From positions 1,024,001 through 1,088,000 of the forward strand of contig CAVWCF010000001.1 in NCBI GenBank assembly GCA_963753435.1: a stretch of 64,000 nt of DNA. The letters are read 5' to 3'. Both the position numbers and the translations under genes were made by a program. Of this stretch, positions 53,880 through 64,000 are shown piece by piece (position 1 is the stretch's first letter; each line of letters begins with the position of its first letter). Under the pieces are notes generated by a model that saw only the letters and a list, made by a program, of their open reading frames with translations, made no database searches and was not told where the DNA came from. The DNA comes from an uncultured Actinomycetota bacterium (GTDB lineage Bacteria; Actinomycetota; Actinomycetes; CAVWCF01).

Positions 53880-54650
53880 ATGCCCCACCGCCCCGGAACC
53901 TTCGGCTGGATCGACCTGTCCACGAACGACGTCGGCGCCGCGAAGGCCTTCTACGCGGGTCTCCTGGGCTGGCAGATGACCGACATGCCGACCGACGTCG
54001 GCGTCGACTACACGATGTGCAGCAAGGACGGAAAACAGGTCGCCGGGCTGGGTCCGCAACCGCCCGGCCTTGCCGAGGCGGGCGTTCCGTCCATGTGGAA
54101 CGCCTATGTGATCGTGAACAGTGCCGACGACGCCGTGGCCGCGGCGGTTCAGGCCGGGGGCACGGTGCCGATGCCGGCGATGGATGTCATGGACCAAGGC
54201 CGAATGGCCATGATCACCGATCCGTCCGGGGCCACGTTCGGGGTTTGGCAGGCGAACCAACATCACGGTGCCGAACTCACTCACGCGCCCGGGTCGCTGA
54301 CCTGGACCGAACTGCAGACTCGGGACCTCGACACCGCGCTCGCCTTCTACGAGACGGTGTTCGGCTGGGTGTGGCGCGACACCGACGGGTACCGGATCGC
54401 GTTGCTGGACGATGCGGCCGACCCCGCCAAAGACGGCATCGCCGGCGCCATGAACATGCCCCCGCAGGTGCCACCGATGGTCCCGGCCAATTGGCAGATC
54501 TACCTCGGTGTCGCAGACGTGGACGATGCCTTGACGCGAAGCCAGGACCTCGGCGCCTCGGTCTTCCTGCCCAAGATGGACCTCGACGGAATGACCTTCG
54601 CCGGCCTCAGCGACCCAACCGGAGCCATGTTCCTCATCGGTGACTTCTAG
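53880..54650 (+). CDS. Two-domain VOC/glyoxalase protein (CFP32-like)
   Basis: PGTFGWIDL, AFYAGLLGW and GRMAMITDPSGA motifs, duplicated domain. Confidence 0.9.
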   Translation: MPHRPGTFGWIDLSTNDVGAAKAFYAGLLGWQMTDMPTDVGVDYTMCSKDGKQVAGLGPQPPGLAEAGVPSMWNAYVIVNSADDAVAAAVQAGGTVPMPAMDVMDQGRMAMITDPSGATFGVWQANQHHGAELTHAPGSLTWTELQTRDLDTALAFYETVFGWVWRDTDGYRIALLDDAADPAKDGIAGAMNMPPQVPPMVPANWQIYLGVADVDDALTRSQDLGASVFLPKMDLDGMTFAGLSDPTGAMFLIGDF

Positions 54651-54675
54651 CAACCAGTACCTGGCCGAACCGGTA

Positions 54676-55731
54676 CTAAGCCCCGCGAGCAGTCACCTCG
54701 GTGACCGGCATGGCGGTGTCGGCGCCGATGTCCAGCGGCGACGGCGCCCGGCCCCGAGCGACCAGTTCGGCGCCCAGGGCGGCGACCATCGCGCCGTTGT
54801 CGGTGCACAGCGCCGGCCGCGGCACCCGCAGGCGGATCCCTGCCTCGGCGCAACGGGCAGCGGCCACCTCGCGTAGCACGGAGTTGGCTGCGACCCCGCC
54901 GCCGATAAGGAGGTCGTCCACCCCGTGTTCGCGGCAGGCCAGCACCGCCTTGCGTGTCAGCACATCCACCACGGCCATCTGAAACGACGCCGACACATCC
55001 GCTGTGGGCACCGGCTCACCGGATCGCTGGCGGGCTTCCACCCAGCGCGCGACGGCGGTCTTGAGCCCAGAGAAGGAGAAGTCGTACCGGTGCTCGATCA
55101 GATCGTGCGGTGCGGTCAAACCGCGCGGGAAAGCGATCGCCGCAGGGTCGCCTTCCCGAGCCGCTCGGTCGATCGGTGGACCACCGGGGAACGGCATCCC
55201 CAGCAGGCGGGCCACTTTGTCGAACGCCTCCCCCGCAGCGTCGTCGATCGTGTGCCCCAGCGACCGGACCGATCCGGTGACGTCCTCGACCAGCAGCAGG
55301 CTGGAATGCCCGCCGCTGACCAGCAGCGCCAAACACGGCTGCGGCAGCGGGCCGTGCTCCAGTTGGTCCACGGCCACGTGGGCGGCGAGGTGATTCACCC
55401 CGTAGAAGGGCTTGCCGATGGCCAGAGCAAGCGCCTTGGCCGCGGCCACCCCGACAAGTAGCGCGCCGGCCAAGCCCGGACCGGAGGTGACCGCTACCGC
55501 GTCCACATCCGCCAGCCGCACGCCACCCCGCTGCAGCGCAGTTTCCAAGGTGGGCAGCATCGCCTCCAGGTGGGCGCGGCTGGCCACCTCCGGCACAACG
55601 CCACCGAATCGGGCGTGCTCCTGCATGCTGGACGCCAACGCCTCGGCCACCAGCTCGTGGCCGCGCACCAATCCGATACCGGTCTCGTCGCATGAGGTCT
55701 CGATCCCGAGGACGAGCGGGGCGTCAGCCAT
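54676..55731 (-). CDS. tsaD: tRNA N6-threonylcarbamoyltransferase
   Basis: [24 protein letters not shown] and CTDNGAM motifs. Confidence 0.97.
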   Translation of the reverse strand: MADAPLVLGIETSCDETGIGLVRGHELVAEALASSMQEHARFGGVVPEVASRAHLEAMLPTLETALQRGGVRLADVDAVAVTSGPGLAGALLVGVAAAKALALAIGKPFYGVNHLAAHVAVDQLEHGPLPQPCLALLVSGGHSSLLLVEDVTGSVRSLGHTIDDAAGEAFDKVARLLGMPFPGGPPIDRAAREGDPAAIAFPRGLTAPHDLIEHRYDFSFSGLKTAVARWVEARQRSGEPVPTADVSASFQMAVVDVLTRKAVLACREHGVDDLLIGGGVAANSVLREVAAARCAEAGIRLRVPRPALCTDNGAMVAALGAELVARGRAPSPLDIGADTAMPVTEVTARGA

Positions 55732-56215
55732 CGTCTGCCCCGTTTCCCGGACCCGCGGTGAACCCGGCCGGCCCGGCCCGCAGGAGTCGGCGCAGGATCA
55801 GCGCATCGGCACCGTCGGGGTAGTAGCGGCGGCGCACCGACAACCGCTCGAAGCCATGGCTGGCATACAGGCGCTGCGCCGCATCGTTGTCGGCACGGAC
55901 CTCCAAGAGAATCGATCCGGCGTCACGATCCCGGGCGGCGTTGACGAGTTCTTCCAGCAACGCGGCACCCAAGCCCAGCCGCTGGCGATCGCTTCGCACC
56001 GCGATCGTCTGCACGTCCACCTCCGAACCCACCTGATTGATCCCCGCATACCCCGTCAGCCCGGTCTCGTCGCGCGCCGCGAAATAGGTGCGGCTGCCCG
56101 GCACCCCAGCTAGCTCGGACCAGAACGTCGGCGCGGACCAGGCGCTGGTACCGAACAGATCCCGGTCGATAGCCACGGCTTCGTCGATGTCCCACCAGCG
56201 CATCGCCTCGATCAC
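55724..56215 (-). CDS. rimI: Ribosomal protein S18 alanine N-acetyltransferase
   Basis: QTIAV..QRLGLG, LEVRADN..A..LY...GF and RRYY motifs; lies between tsaB and tsaD. Confidence 0.9.
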   Translation of the reverse strand: MIEAMRWWDIDEAVAIDRDLFGTSAWSAPTFWSELAGVPGSRTYFAARDETGLTGYAGINQVGSEVDVQTIAVRSDRQRLGLGAALLEELVNAARDRDAGSILLEVRADNDAAQRLYASHGFERLSVRRRYYPDGADALILRRLLRAGPAGFTAGPGNGADDG

Positions 56216-56853
56216 GGCGTCACCGACTTGGGCCGCGACGGCATGGTCACGTCCGGACGCCGCAGGTATAGCGGTTGGGGCGCGGCAACCCGGCCCGCCG
56301 CCAGGTCGGCCGCCGCAATGCGGATGAGGGTCGCGGCCGACGGGTACACCGGCAGCTGGGCGCGGGGGAACGTTTCGGGGTAGAGCCCGGGGCCGGACCC
56401 GGCGACCGGACCCTGCCGAACCTGCGCCGGCAGGTCCGCCGGTGCGGTCACGTCCGGGCCCGATAGCCGTGCTCCGGACGGGCTGTAGGTCGCCCAGTAG
56501 ACCTCGCGACGGCGAGCGTCGGTGGCCACCGCGAACGGTTCATCGGATACGACGTCGGCGGCGATGACGTCCAGGGAGCAGACACCGTGCACGGGCACGC
56601 CGAGGGCGGAGCCGAGGACGCGGGCCGTCGTCAAGCCAACCCGCAGGCCGGTGAAGGGGCCCGGGCCAACTCCCACCGCGATGCCGGTCAACTGGACCAC
56701 AGTGACGCCGGCTTCGGCCAAGACCGCATCGATGAGCGGAACGAGGACCTCGGCCTGCCGACGCGGGTCGATTTGCGAGCGCTCGGCAAGCACCTGCGTA
56801 TCGGCGAGCGCAACCGCAACTGAGCCGGTGGCGGTGTCGATTCCGAGCAGCAC
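56212..56853 (-). CDS. tsaB: t6A biosynthesis protein TsaB
   Basis: IDTAT, GPGPFTGLRVG, DARRREVY and PLYLRRPD motifs. Confidence 0.95.
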   Translation of the reverse strand: MLLGIDTATGSVAVALADTQVLAERSQIDPRRQAEVLVPLIDAVLAEAGVTVVQLTGIAVGVGPGPFTGLRVGLTTARVLGSALGVPVHGVCSLDVIAADVVSDEPFAVATDARRREVYWATYSPSGARLSGPDVTAPADLPAQVRQGPVAGSGPGLYPETFPRAQLPVYPSAATLIRIAAADLAAGRVAAPQPLYLRRPDVTMPSRPKSVTP

Positions 56854-56862
56854 GGGGCGAGG

Positions 56863-57336
56863 CTACGTCCGGTCCGGGTCGAGCTTCACCGACTCGATTC
56901 GGACGGTTCGCACCTCCGAGTCGGCATCGCGCTCGATGAAGACCTCCCAGAACTGGCCGGGCCGGTCACCGGACGCGGCCAAGTGCTCGGCCTTGCCGGC
57001 GCCCCACTCGACCACGGTGACGGAGTCGGCCACGGAGGAGTCCAGGTCCAAGTCGTCCAGTTCCGCCATCGACCCCAACCGGTAGGCGTCGGCATGAACC
57101 AGGGCCGGTCCCCCAACCAGCGACGGGTGCACCCGGGCCAACACGAACGTCGGCGACGTGATCGGCCCTCGCACCTGCAGCCCCTCGGCGAGGCCCTGAG
57201 TGAACGTGGTCTTGCCAGCGCCCAAGGGTCCGGTGAGCACAACCAGATCACCGGCGCCGAGTCGACGGGCCAAGTCGGCGCCGAGCGCCCGCATCTCCTT
57301 GGCGTCGGGGACACGAACCGCACCGGCTGAACTCAC
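56863..57336 (-). CDS. tsaE: t6A biosynthesis ATPase TsaE
   Basis: GPLGAGKTT, TSPTF, HADAYRL and VEWG motifs. Confidence 0.96.
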   Translation of the reverse strand: MSSAGAVRVPDAKEMRALGADLARRLGAGDLVVLTGPLGAGKTTFTQGLAEGLQVRGPITSPTFVLARVHPSLVGGPALVHADAYRLGSMAELDDLDLDSSVADSVTVVEWGAGKAEHLAASGDRPGQFWEVFIERDADSEVRTVRIESVKLDPDRT

Positions 57337-58379
57337 GCACCCACCTCGGCCAGTACTGCCCGCACCGCGTCGGCAACGGGCTCGGGGCGTTCCAGTTGCA
57401 GTAGGTGACCGGCACCGGGAACCACGATCAACCGGCCGCCGCGGACCGCGGCGGCGATGCGCTCGCCATGAACCGGTGGCGTGATCCGATCCGACCCGCC
57501 CATCAGCACCGGCACCGGCCGCTGCCCCATCCGCAGCAATCCCGGCCGACCATCGAAATCGTCAAGTTGGCTCAGGAAGTCGGCAAGGACCTGCGGGTCG
57601 GTACCAACAATCATCCGCTGCACGTTCTCCACGACGCCGGCGGGCACATGCGAGTCGAACGAGTACTGCCGGGTGAGAACGTGCGTGAGGTCGGACTCCG
57701 CAACCAGCCGACGCAACTTCGAGTCCGGCGCAGTGGCCCCGACGCGGCGCAAGACCTCCGGCGCCAGCGTCCGGCCCCACTTGGTCAGGCGAGCCGGCAG
57801 ACCGAACGACTCGTTGACCAACTCACTGGCCGACGTACTAGCCAGCACGACGCCACCGACACGCTCGAACACGTCCGGGTGTCGCTCGGCCAGCGCCATC
57901 ACGGCCATGCCGCCCATCGAATGTCCAAGCAGCACCAACGGTCCCGACGGCGCGGTGGCATCGATTACGACCCGGAGGTCGTCGGCCAGTTGCTCGATCG
58001 TGTTGCGGCCGGAACCGCCGACTCCCGATCGGCCGTGACCACGCTGGTCGAAGGTGACCCAGCGTTGTTGAGCGAGCAGTTCGCGCTGGAACACCCATGA
58101 GTCCGAGGTCAGCGCCAGGCCGTGCACCGCCACGATGGTCGCCGCTGCGGATCCGACCGGATCGGCGGTCTCGACCCAGAGGTCGACCTGGTCGTCGGTC
58201 ATCACGACGCTTTGCTCACTTGGCGGCAAGTCCGCCAGCGCCGTCAGGGAGACGCGCTCGGCGGTCTCCCGCGGCCTGCCGACCAAGCGCCGCTCGGCGA
58301 GGCGGCCCGCGGCGGCGCCGACCGCGATGCCGGCGGCCAACGCGCCCACCGCCAACCCGGTCGCTCCCTTGTTGCTCAT
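57333..58379 (-). CDS. Alpha/beta hydrolase
   Basis: VHG, DQRGHGRS, GHSMGG and GAGH motifs; conserved position between alr and tsaE. Confidence 0.9.
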   Translation of the reverse strand: MSNKGATGLAVGALAAGIAVGAAAGRLAERRLVGRPRETAERVSLTALADLPPSEQSVVMTDDQVDLWVETADPVGSAAATIVAVHGLALTSDSWVFQRELLAQQRWVTFDQRGHGRSGVGGSGRNTIEQLADDLRVVIDATAPSGPLVLLGHSMGGMAVMALAERHPDVFERVGGVVLASTSASELVNESFGLPARLTKWGRTLAPEVLRRVGATAPDSKLRRLVAESDLTHVLTRQYSFDSHVPAGVVENVQRMIVGTDPQVLADFLSQLDDFDGRPGLLRMGQRPVPVLMGGSDRITPPVHGERIAAAVRGGRLIVVPGAGHLLQLERPEPVADAVRAVLAEVGA

Positions 58380-59497
58380 GCGCCGACGTACTCCCGCCGC
58401 ACCCGTGGGCCAATCCGCGTGACGATTTCGTAGGCGATGGTTTCCGCCGCCTCCGCCCAGTCCGCTGCCGTCGGCTCACCGGCAGTGCCCGGCCCGAACA
58501 ACACCACGTCATCGCCGGCACGCACATTCGCATCGCCCACGTCCACGACGAACTGGTCCATGCACACCCGCCCGGCCACCTGATGACGGACACCGGCCAA
58601 CTGCACCGGCCCACGGTTGCCGGCGTGGCGCGGAACGCCGTCGGCGTACCCGAGAGGGACCAGAGCCAGGTTCGTAGCCGCCGCCGTGTGGTAGCTGTGC
58701 CCATACGAAACGCCCTGCCCAGCCGGTACCCGCTTGACCAGCGCGACCGGCGCGCTCAACGTCATCGCCGGGATCAGGCCGAGGTCGGCAGCGGTACCCA
58801 ACTCCGCGCCCGGCGAGATGCCGTAAACACCGATGCCTGGCCGCACGAGGTCGAAGTGCGTCTCGGGGCGGGTCAACGTCGCCGCCGAGTTGGCCAAGTG
58901 CCGCAGTTCCGGCTCCAGCCCCGCCGCCGCGGCGGCATCCAGAGCCGAGTGGAATGCGTCCAACTGCGCGTCGATCGTCGGGTGCCGCGGCGAATCCGCG
59001 TAGGCCAGATGGCTCCACACTCCGACGACCTCGATCCAGCCGGAGTCCTGCGCGGCACGGGCTTGCGCCACCAACTGCGGCCAGTCAGCCGGCGTCGCGC
59101 CGGCCCGGCCCAGGCCGGTGTCGACTTTCAGGTGCACGCGCGCCCGGCGGCCGACGCTCTGCGCGGCCGCAGCGACCTCCGCCAGGGCCCAATCGGCGGA
59201 GACCGACAGATCCACGTCCGCATCGACTGCCGCCGCCCACTGGTCGCCCGGGGTGGCCAACCAGGCCAGGGTGCGCGCCTGGATCCCCGCCGCCCGCAAC
59301 GCCAACGCCTCTTCGACGAGCGCCACGCCGAGCCACTGGGCACCACCGGCGAGGGCGGCACGGGCCGACGGCAGCAAACCATGTCCGTAGCCATCGGCCT
59401 TGACGACGGCCAGCACCGCGGCCGAGCCGGCGGCCGACACCAGCCGCTCGGTGTTGGCCGAAATCGCAGCCAAGTCGACTCGCGCAACTGCGCCCAT
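58376..59497 (-). CDS. alr: Alanine racemase
   Basis: AVVKADGYGHG, VSYG, GYADG and GRVCMDQ motifs. Confidence 0.97.
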   Translation of the reverse strand: MGAVARVDLAAISANTERLVSAAGSAAVLAVVKADGYGHGLLPSARAALAGGAQWLGVALVEEALALRAAGIQARTLAWLATPGDQWAAAVDADVDLSVSADWALAEVAAAAQSVGRRARVHLKVDTGLGRAGATPADWPQLVAQARAAQDSGWIEVVGVWSHLAYADSPRHPTIDAQLDAFHSALDAAAAAGLEPELRHLANSAATLTRPETHFDLVRPGIGVYGISPGAELGTAADLGLIPAMTLSAPVALVKRVPAGQGVSYGHSYHTAAATNLALVPLGYADGVPRHAGNRGPVQLAGVRHQVAGRVCMDQFVVDVGDANVRAGDDVVLFGPGTAGEPTAADWAEAAETIAYEIVTRIGPRVRREYVGA

Positions 59498-60948
59498 CAG
59501 TCGCTCGCGTCCTGCACGACGGCGAACGCGTCACCGAGCGCTGCGGTCAGGTCGCTGGCCGAGGCCGGGCGCGCGCCGCCGACCAGTCGTCCGGCGAGGC
59601 CATGAATCCAGGCGCCGGCCGCGGCAGCGGCGACGCCAGACGTACCACCGGCAAGCAGGGCACCGACCAACCCGGTGAGCACGTCGCCGGAACCTGCTGT
59701 CGCCAGCGCCGGAGTGCCGGTGGGGTTGGCGATCACTTGCTGTTGACCGGGTTGGGCCACGAGGCTCGTGGAACCCTTGAGCAGCACGGTCGCCCCGAAC
59801 CGATCCGCCGCCTGCTGCGCGTGCCAAAGGCGCCGGGCCGCGACGTCGTCGGCAGCAACGCCCAACAGCCTTCCCAACTCCCGAAAGTGCGGAGTGAGCA
59901 CGGTATCGGCGCTGCGACCGGCGAGCAGGTCCGGCTGCTGCGCCAGGATGGTCAGCGCATCCGCATCGAGCACCGTCGGCACATCCGCTGCCAGAGCGGC
60001 GGCAACCCGCTCAGCGGCGGCGGCGTCGGTCCCGAGGCCCGGTCCGACCGCCCAGGCCTGCATCCGGCCAGCGGCGGCGGGGTCTTCGCCTACGACGACT
60101 GCTTCGGGGTGGGCCAACCGCACCGGCCCCGATACGCCCTTGCCGGCGCATACGCGGACGTAGCCGGCTCCGGAATTCAGCGCCGCGCCTGTGGCCAGGA
60201 TGGCCGCCCCCGGGTACCGGCTGGAGCCGGCGAGCACCCCCAGCACCCCGCGGCGGTACTTGTCCGCGTCCCGGTCCGGCGCCGGCAGGCATGCGGCCAC
60301 GTCGTCCACCTGCCAGGCGAGCACTGCGGCCTCGGGCAAATCGGCCAGGCCGATGTCAACCAGTCGAACGGTGCCGCAACGGCCGGCCGCCGGGTCGATC
60401 AGGTGGCAGGCCTTGTAGGTGCCGAAGGTGACGGTTACATCGGCCTGGACCGCCGGCCCGGAAACGGCCCCGGTGTCCGGGTCCACGCCACTGGGCAGAT
60501 CGACGGCGACGACGACTGCAGCCGGACCGATCGCGTCCACCAGGGCGGCGGCGTCGGCACGCAACGGACCCTTGGCACCGATGCCGACGATGCCGTCCAG
60601 CACCAGGTCGGCCCCAGCGAGGGCGGCGACCGCGGCAGCGCCGTCCACCGACCGAGCGCCGGCTGCGGTAGCCGCGGCCAGGCCGGCCGCGTGTGGTGCC
60701 GCCGTTGCCACGACGCGAACCGAGGCGCCTCGGGCAGCCAGGTGCGCGGCCGCGAACAATGCGTCGCCACCGTTGTCTCCGGAACCGACCAGGGCCACGA
60801 CTTCGGCGCCGTAAACCTGGTCCAGCAGGCTGGCGCAGGTGGCCGACAGGCCGGCCGCGGCTCGGCTCATCAGCGTTCCGGCCGGCAGCCGCTGCATCAG
60901 TGCGGCTTCGGCGGTGCGAACGTCAGCTACCGAGTGCGCGGCGCGCAA
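59497..60948 (-). CDS. nnr: Bifunctional NAD(P)H-hydrate epimerase/dehydratase
   Basis: GSGDNGGD, DLPSG, LTPH and AGSGDVL motifs. Confidence 0.93.
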   Translation of the reverse strand: MRAAHSVADVRTAEAALMQRLPAGTLMSRAAAGLSATCASLLDQVYGAEVVALVGSGDNGGDALFAAAHLAARGASVRVVATAAPHAAGLAAATAAGARSVDGAAAVAALAGADLVLDGIVGIGAKGPLRADAAALVDAIGPAAVVVAVDLPSGVDPDTGAVSGPAVQADVTVTFGTYKACHLIDPAAGRCGTVRLVDIGLADLPEAAVLAWQVDDVAACLPAPDRDADKYRRGVLGVLAGSSRYPGAAILATGAALNSGAGYVRVCAGKGVSGPVRLAHPEAVVVGEDPAAAGRMQAWAVGPGLGTDAAAAERVAAALAADVPTVLDADALTILAQQPDLLAGRSADTVLTPHFRELGRLLGVAADDVAARRLWHAQQAADRFGATVLLKGSTSLVAQPGQQQVIANPTGTPALATAGSGDVLTGLVGALLAGGTSGVAAAAAGAWIHGLAGRLVGGARPASASDLTAALGDAFAVVQDASD

Positions 60949-60951
60949 GGG

Positions 60952-61302
60952 TCAGCCCTCCGCCAGGACGATCGCGGTGGCGATGCCGCCGTCATGCGCC
61001 AACGACAGGTGCCAGCGGCGCACACCACGCAATTGCGCGGCTGCCTGCACCGTTCCGCTGATCACCAACTCTGGGGCGCCGCTTTCGGCGAGTACTACTT
61101 CGGCGTCGGTCCAAACCAACCCAGTGGGTGCCCCCAGCGCCTTGGCCAGCGCCTCCTTGGCGGCGAAGCGGGCGGCCAGCGACTGCAGCGACAGGGACTG
61201 CTCAGCCAGGGTGAACAGCCGCGCGCGCATCCGTGGGGTTCGCTGCAGGGTGACCTCGAAGCGCGCGATGTCGACCACATCCACACCGATGCCCACGATC
61301 AC
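60952..61302 (-). CDS. acpS: Holo-ACP synthase
   Basis: [19 protein letters not shown] and SLAHD motifs. Confidence 0.95.
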   Translation of the reverse strand: MIVGIGVDVVDIARFEVTLQRTPRMRARLFTLAEQSLSLQSLAARFAAKEALAKALGAPTGLVWTDAEVVLAESGAPELVISGTVQAAAQLRGVRRWHLSLAHDGGIATAIVLAEG

Positions 61303-61309
61303 AGCAGGC

Positions 61310-63157
61310 CTACTCGACTGTTACGGACTTGGCCAAGTTGCGTGGCTGGTCAACATCATGGCCACGCGCGGTAGCCATCTCGCAGGCGAACACCTGCAGC
61401 GGCACCGTTGCCACCAACGGCTGCAGCAGGGTCGGCACGGCCGGCAACTCGATCAGGTCGGATGCGTACGGGTGCACCGCGGAGTCGCCTTCCTCGGCGA
61501 GCACGATCGTGCGGGCCCCACGGGCGCGCACTTCCTGGATGTTGCTCACGATCTTGTCGTGCAGCACCTGGCTGCCCCGTGGCGACGGAACCGTCACGAA
61601 GACCGGCAGCCCTTCATCGATGAGGGCGATCGGGCCGTGCTTCAACTCACCGGCCGCGAAACCCTCCGCATGCATGTAGGCCAATTCCTTCAGCTTCAGC
61701 GCACCCTCCAGAGCCACCGGGTACCCGACGTGACGTCCGAGGAAGAGCACCGACTGCTCCGTCACCATGCCCCGCGCCAACTCCCGAACCGGTTCCAGCT
61801 GCGCCAACACGGCGCTGACGGCGTCCGGCATCGCATGCAGTTCGTCGATCACGGTCGCGATTTCGTCGCCGAAGAGGGCGCCACGCACCTGGGCCAGGTA
61901 GAGACCCACCAGGTAGGTGGCAACCACCTGGGTCAGGAACGCCTTCGTGGAGGCCACGGCGATCTCGGGGCCGGCGTGGGTGTACAGCACCGCGTCGGAC
62001 TCACGCGGGATGGTCGCTCCGTTGGTGTTGCAGATGGCCAGCACCCGGCTGCCCTGCTCGCGCGCGTGCCGCAGCGCCATGAGGGTGTCCATGGTTTCGC
62101 CGGACTGGCTGATGGCCACGACGAGGGTGTCGCGGGTCAGGATCGGGTCGCGGTAGCGGAACTCGCTGGCCAACTCGACTTCGACGGGTATCCGCGTCCA
62201 GTGCTCGATTGCGTACTTGGCGATCAGGCCCGCGTGGAATGCCGTGCCGCAGGCGATCACCACGATCTTGTCCGTGTCGCGTAGTTCGGCCTCGGACAGA
62301 CGCATCTCGTCCATGGTCAGGCGCCCGGCGGCGTCCACCCGACCCAGCAGGGTGTCCGCGATCGCGCGCGGCTGCTCCGCGATCTCCTTGAGCATGAAGT
62401 GGTCGTACCCGGACTTCTCCGCCGCCGACGCATCCCAGTCGATGTGGAAGGGGGTTCCGTCGACGGAGTTGCCATCGAAGTCGGTGACTGTGACCGCATC
62501 TGCCGTCGCCGTGACCACTTGGTCCTGACCCAACTCCAAGGCGTCCCGCGTGTGCGCGATGAACGCGGACACGTCACTGGCCAGGAAGTTCTCCCCAGCG
62601 CCCAGGCCGACCACCAGTGGCGAGTTGCGACGGGCGGCCACGACCACGTCCGGTGCGTCGGCGTGGACGGCAACCAAAGTGAACGCGCCCTCGAGGCGCC
62701 GACAGACGATGCGCATCGCCTCGGACAGGTCGCCGGTCTTGTCGTATTGCTCGGCAAGCAGGTGCGCGGCCACCTCGGTGTCGGTTTCCGACGCCATCTG
62801 CACGCCCCGCTCGGCGAGTTCGGCACGCAACACGGCGAAGTTCTCGAGGATCCCGTTGTGGATCACCGCCAAGCGCCGGGCGGTGTCGGTGTGGGGGTGG
62901 GCGTTTACATCATTGGGGGCGCCGTGAGTGGCCCACCTGGTGTGACCGATGGCCGTGGCGCCGGCCGGCAACGGCTCCACGTCAAGCGCCGCAACCAGGT
63001 TGGCCAACTTGCCCGCCCGTTTGGTGACCGCCACCGTGCTGTCGTCGACGACTGCGATGCCGGCGGAGTCGTACCCGCGGTACTCCAAGCGCCGCAGACC
63101 ATCGAGGACGACCTCGACGCCGGGACGGGGTCCGACGTACCCAACGATTCCGCACAT
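61310..63157 (-). CDS. glmS: Glutamine--fructose-6-phosphate aminotransferase
   Basis: [22 protein letters not shown] and [11 protein letters not shown] motifs. Confidence 0.98.
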   Translation of the reverse strand: MCGIVGYVGPRPGVEVVLDGLRRLEYRGYDSAGIAVVDDSTVAVTKRAGKLANLVAALDVEPLPAGATAIGHTRWATHGAPNDVNAHPHTDTARRLAVIHNGILENFAVLRAELAERGVQMASETDTEVAAHLLAEQYDKTGDLSEAMRIVCRRLEGAFTLVAVHADAPDVVVAARRNSPLVVGLGAGENFLASDVSAFIAHTRDALELGQDQVVTATADAVTVTDFDGNSVDGTPFHIDWDASAAEKSGYDHFMLKEIAEQPRAIADTLLGRVDAAGRLTMDEMRLSEAELRDTDKIVVIACGTAFHAGLIAKYAIEHWTRIPVEVELASEFRYRDPILTRDTLVVAISQSGETMDTLMALRHAREQGSRVLAICNTNGATIPRESDAVLYTHAGPEIAVASTKAFLTQVVATYLVGLYLAQVRGALFGDEIATVIDELHAMPDAVSAVLAQLEPVRELARGMVTEQSVLFLGRHVGYPVALEGALKLKELAYMHAEGFAAGELKHGPIALIDEGLPVFVTVPSPRGSQVLHDKIVSNIQEVRARGARTIVLAEEGDSAVHPYASDLIELPAVPTLLQPLVATVPLQVFACEMATARGHDVDQPRNLAKSVTVE

Positions 63158-63183
63158 GGGGATTGAGCCTAGTCGCGACCGGG

Positions 63184-64000
63184 TCAGCTGAGGGCGGCGC
63201 GAACCGCCTGCGCCAGCCGGCCCGCCACCGACTCCGCGGCGTCCTCGGTGGGCGCCTCGACCATCACCCGGACCACCGGCTCGGTTCCGGACGGACGCAG
63301 CAGCACCCGCCCGGTGTCGCCGAGTTCGGCCTCGGCTTCGGCTACCGCCGCAGCCACCTCGCTGCTGCCGGCCAACTTGCCCCGGTCGACGCCGGTCACG
63401 TTGATCAGAACCTGGGGCAGACGCTGCACGACCGCGGCGAGGTCGGCCAAGGACCGACCGGTGGCGGCAACGCGGGCGGCCAGCAGCAGGCCGGTGAGCA
63501 GCCCGTCGCCCGTGGTTGCGTACTCGGCCAGGATCACGTGGCCGGACTGCTCCCCACCCAAGGCGAAGCCACCGGAGACCATCCGCTCGAGGACGTAGCG
63601 GTCGCCGACTGCCGTCTGCTCCAGCACGATCCCGTGCGACTGCAGGGCCAGCTTCAGGCCCAGGTTGGACATGACCGTGGCCACGACCGTGTCCGCGACC
63701 AAGTGTCCGGATTCCTTCAGCGCCAGCGCCAACATCGCGAGGATCTGGTCACCGTCGACGATGGCACCGTCGGCGGTGACGGCCAGGCACCGGTCCGCAT
63801 CGCCGTCGTGGGCCAGACCCAAGTCGGCGCCGGACTCACGGACGGCCCGCTGCAGCGGCTCCAGGTGCGTGGAGCCACAGCCATCGTTGATGTTGATCCC
63901 GTCCGGGTCACAGCCGATCGCGACAACCTCCGCGCCCGCGCGCCGCAGCGCCTCCGGGGCGAGGCGGCTGGCGGCGCCGTTGGCTCCGTCGACGGCGACC
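63184..64000 (-). CDS. glmM: Phosphoglucosamine mutase, C-terminal part (starts outside the window)
   Basis: [21 protein letters not shown] and RPSGTEP motifs. Confidence 0.96.
   Translation of the reverse strand, partial: VAVDGANGAASRLAPEALRRAGAEVVAIGCDPDGININDGCGSTHLEPLQRAVRESGADLGLAHDGDADRCLAVTADGAIVDGDQILAMLALALKESGHLVADTVVATVMSNLGLKLALQSHGIVLEQTAVGDRYVLERMVSGGFALGGEQSGHVILAEYATTGDGLLTGLLLAARVAATGRSLADLAAVVQRLPQVLINVTGVDRGKLAGSSEVAAAVAEAEAELGDTGRVLLRPSGTEPVVRVMVEAPTEDAAESVAGRLAQAVRAALS

Overview
High-GC actinobacterial chromosome segment. It is mostly the conserved glmM-glmS-acpS-nnr-alr-tsaEBD-groES-groEL1-whiD/whiB3-bldM-guaB-guaB3-glpD-gabD-choD-guaA ... pcrA-sucCD-purNH ... folD-mdh backbone, almost all on the minus strand. 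Two accessory blocks interrupt it. The first (about 2.6-16.7 kb) is a patchwork: a frameshifted SOS-boxed DUF222/HNH gene, an arylsulfatase, an internally deleted GNAT, a near-identical duplicated small membrane gene bracketing a VOC + PadR cassette, and a glutamate decarboxylase-YrhK-ClC-LPG-synthase-like cluster that looks like a GadC-less acid-resistance module. The second (28.6-38.3 kb) is a group 3b [NiFe]-hydrogenase operon with an embedded stand-alone cNMP-binding gene and hypFCDE (no hypAB), preceded by a DosR-type box. The most intriguing signal is regulatory. A CarH/LitR-like MerR-B12 regulator is divergent from whiD/whiB3, with 11-bp tandem repeats over the whiD -35 box, and the orphan bldM orthologue carries a WhiG/FliA-like leaderless promoter. 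No rRNA, tRNA, CRISPR array, integrase or transposase was recognised. All calls come from reading the sequence and ORF translations; no database searches were run.
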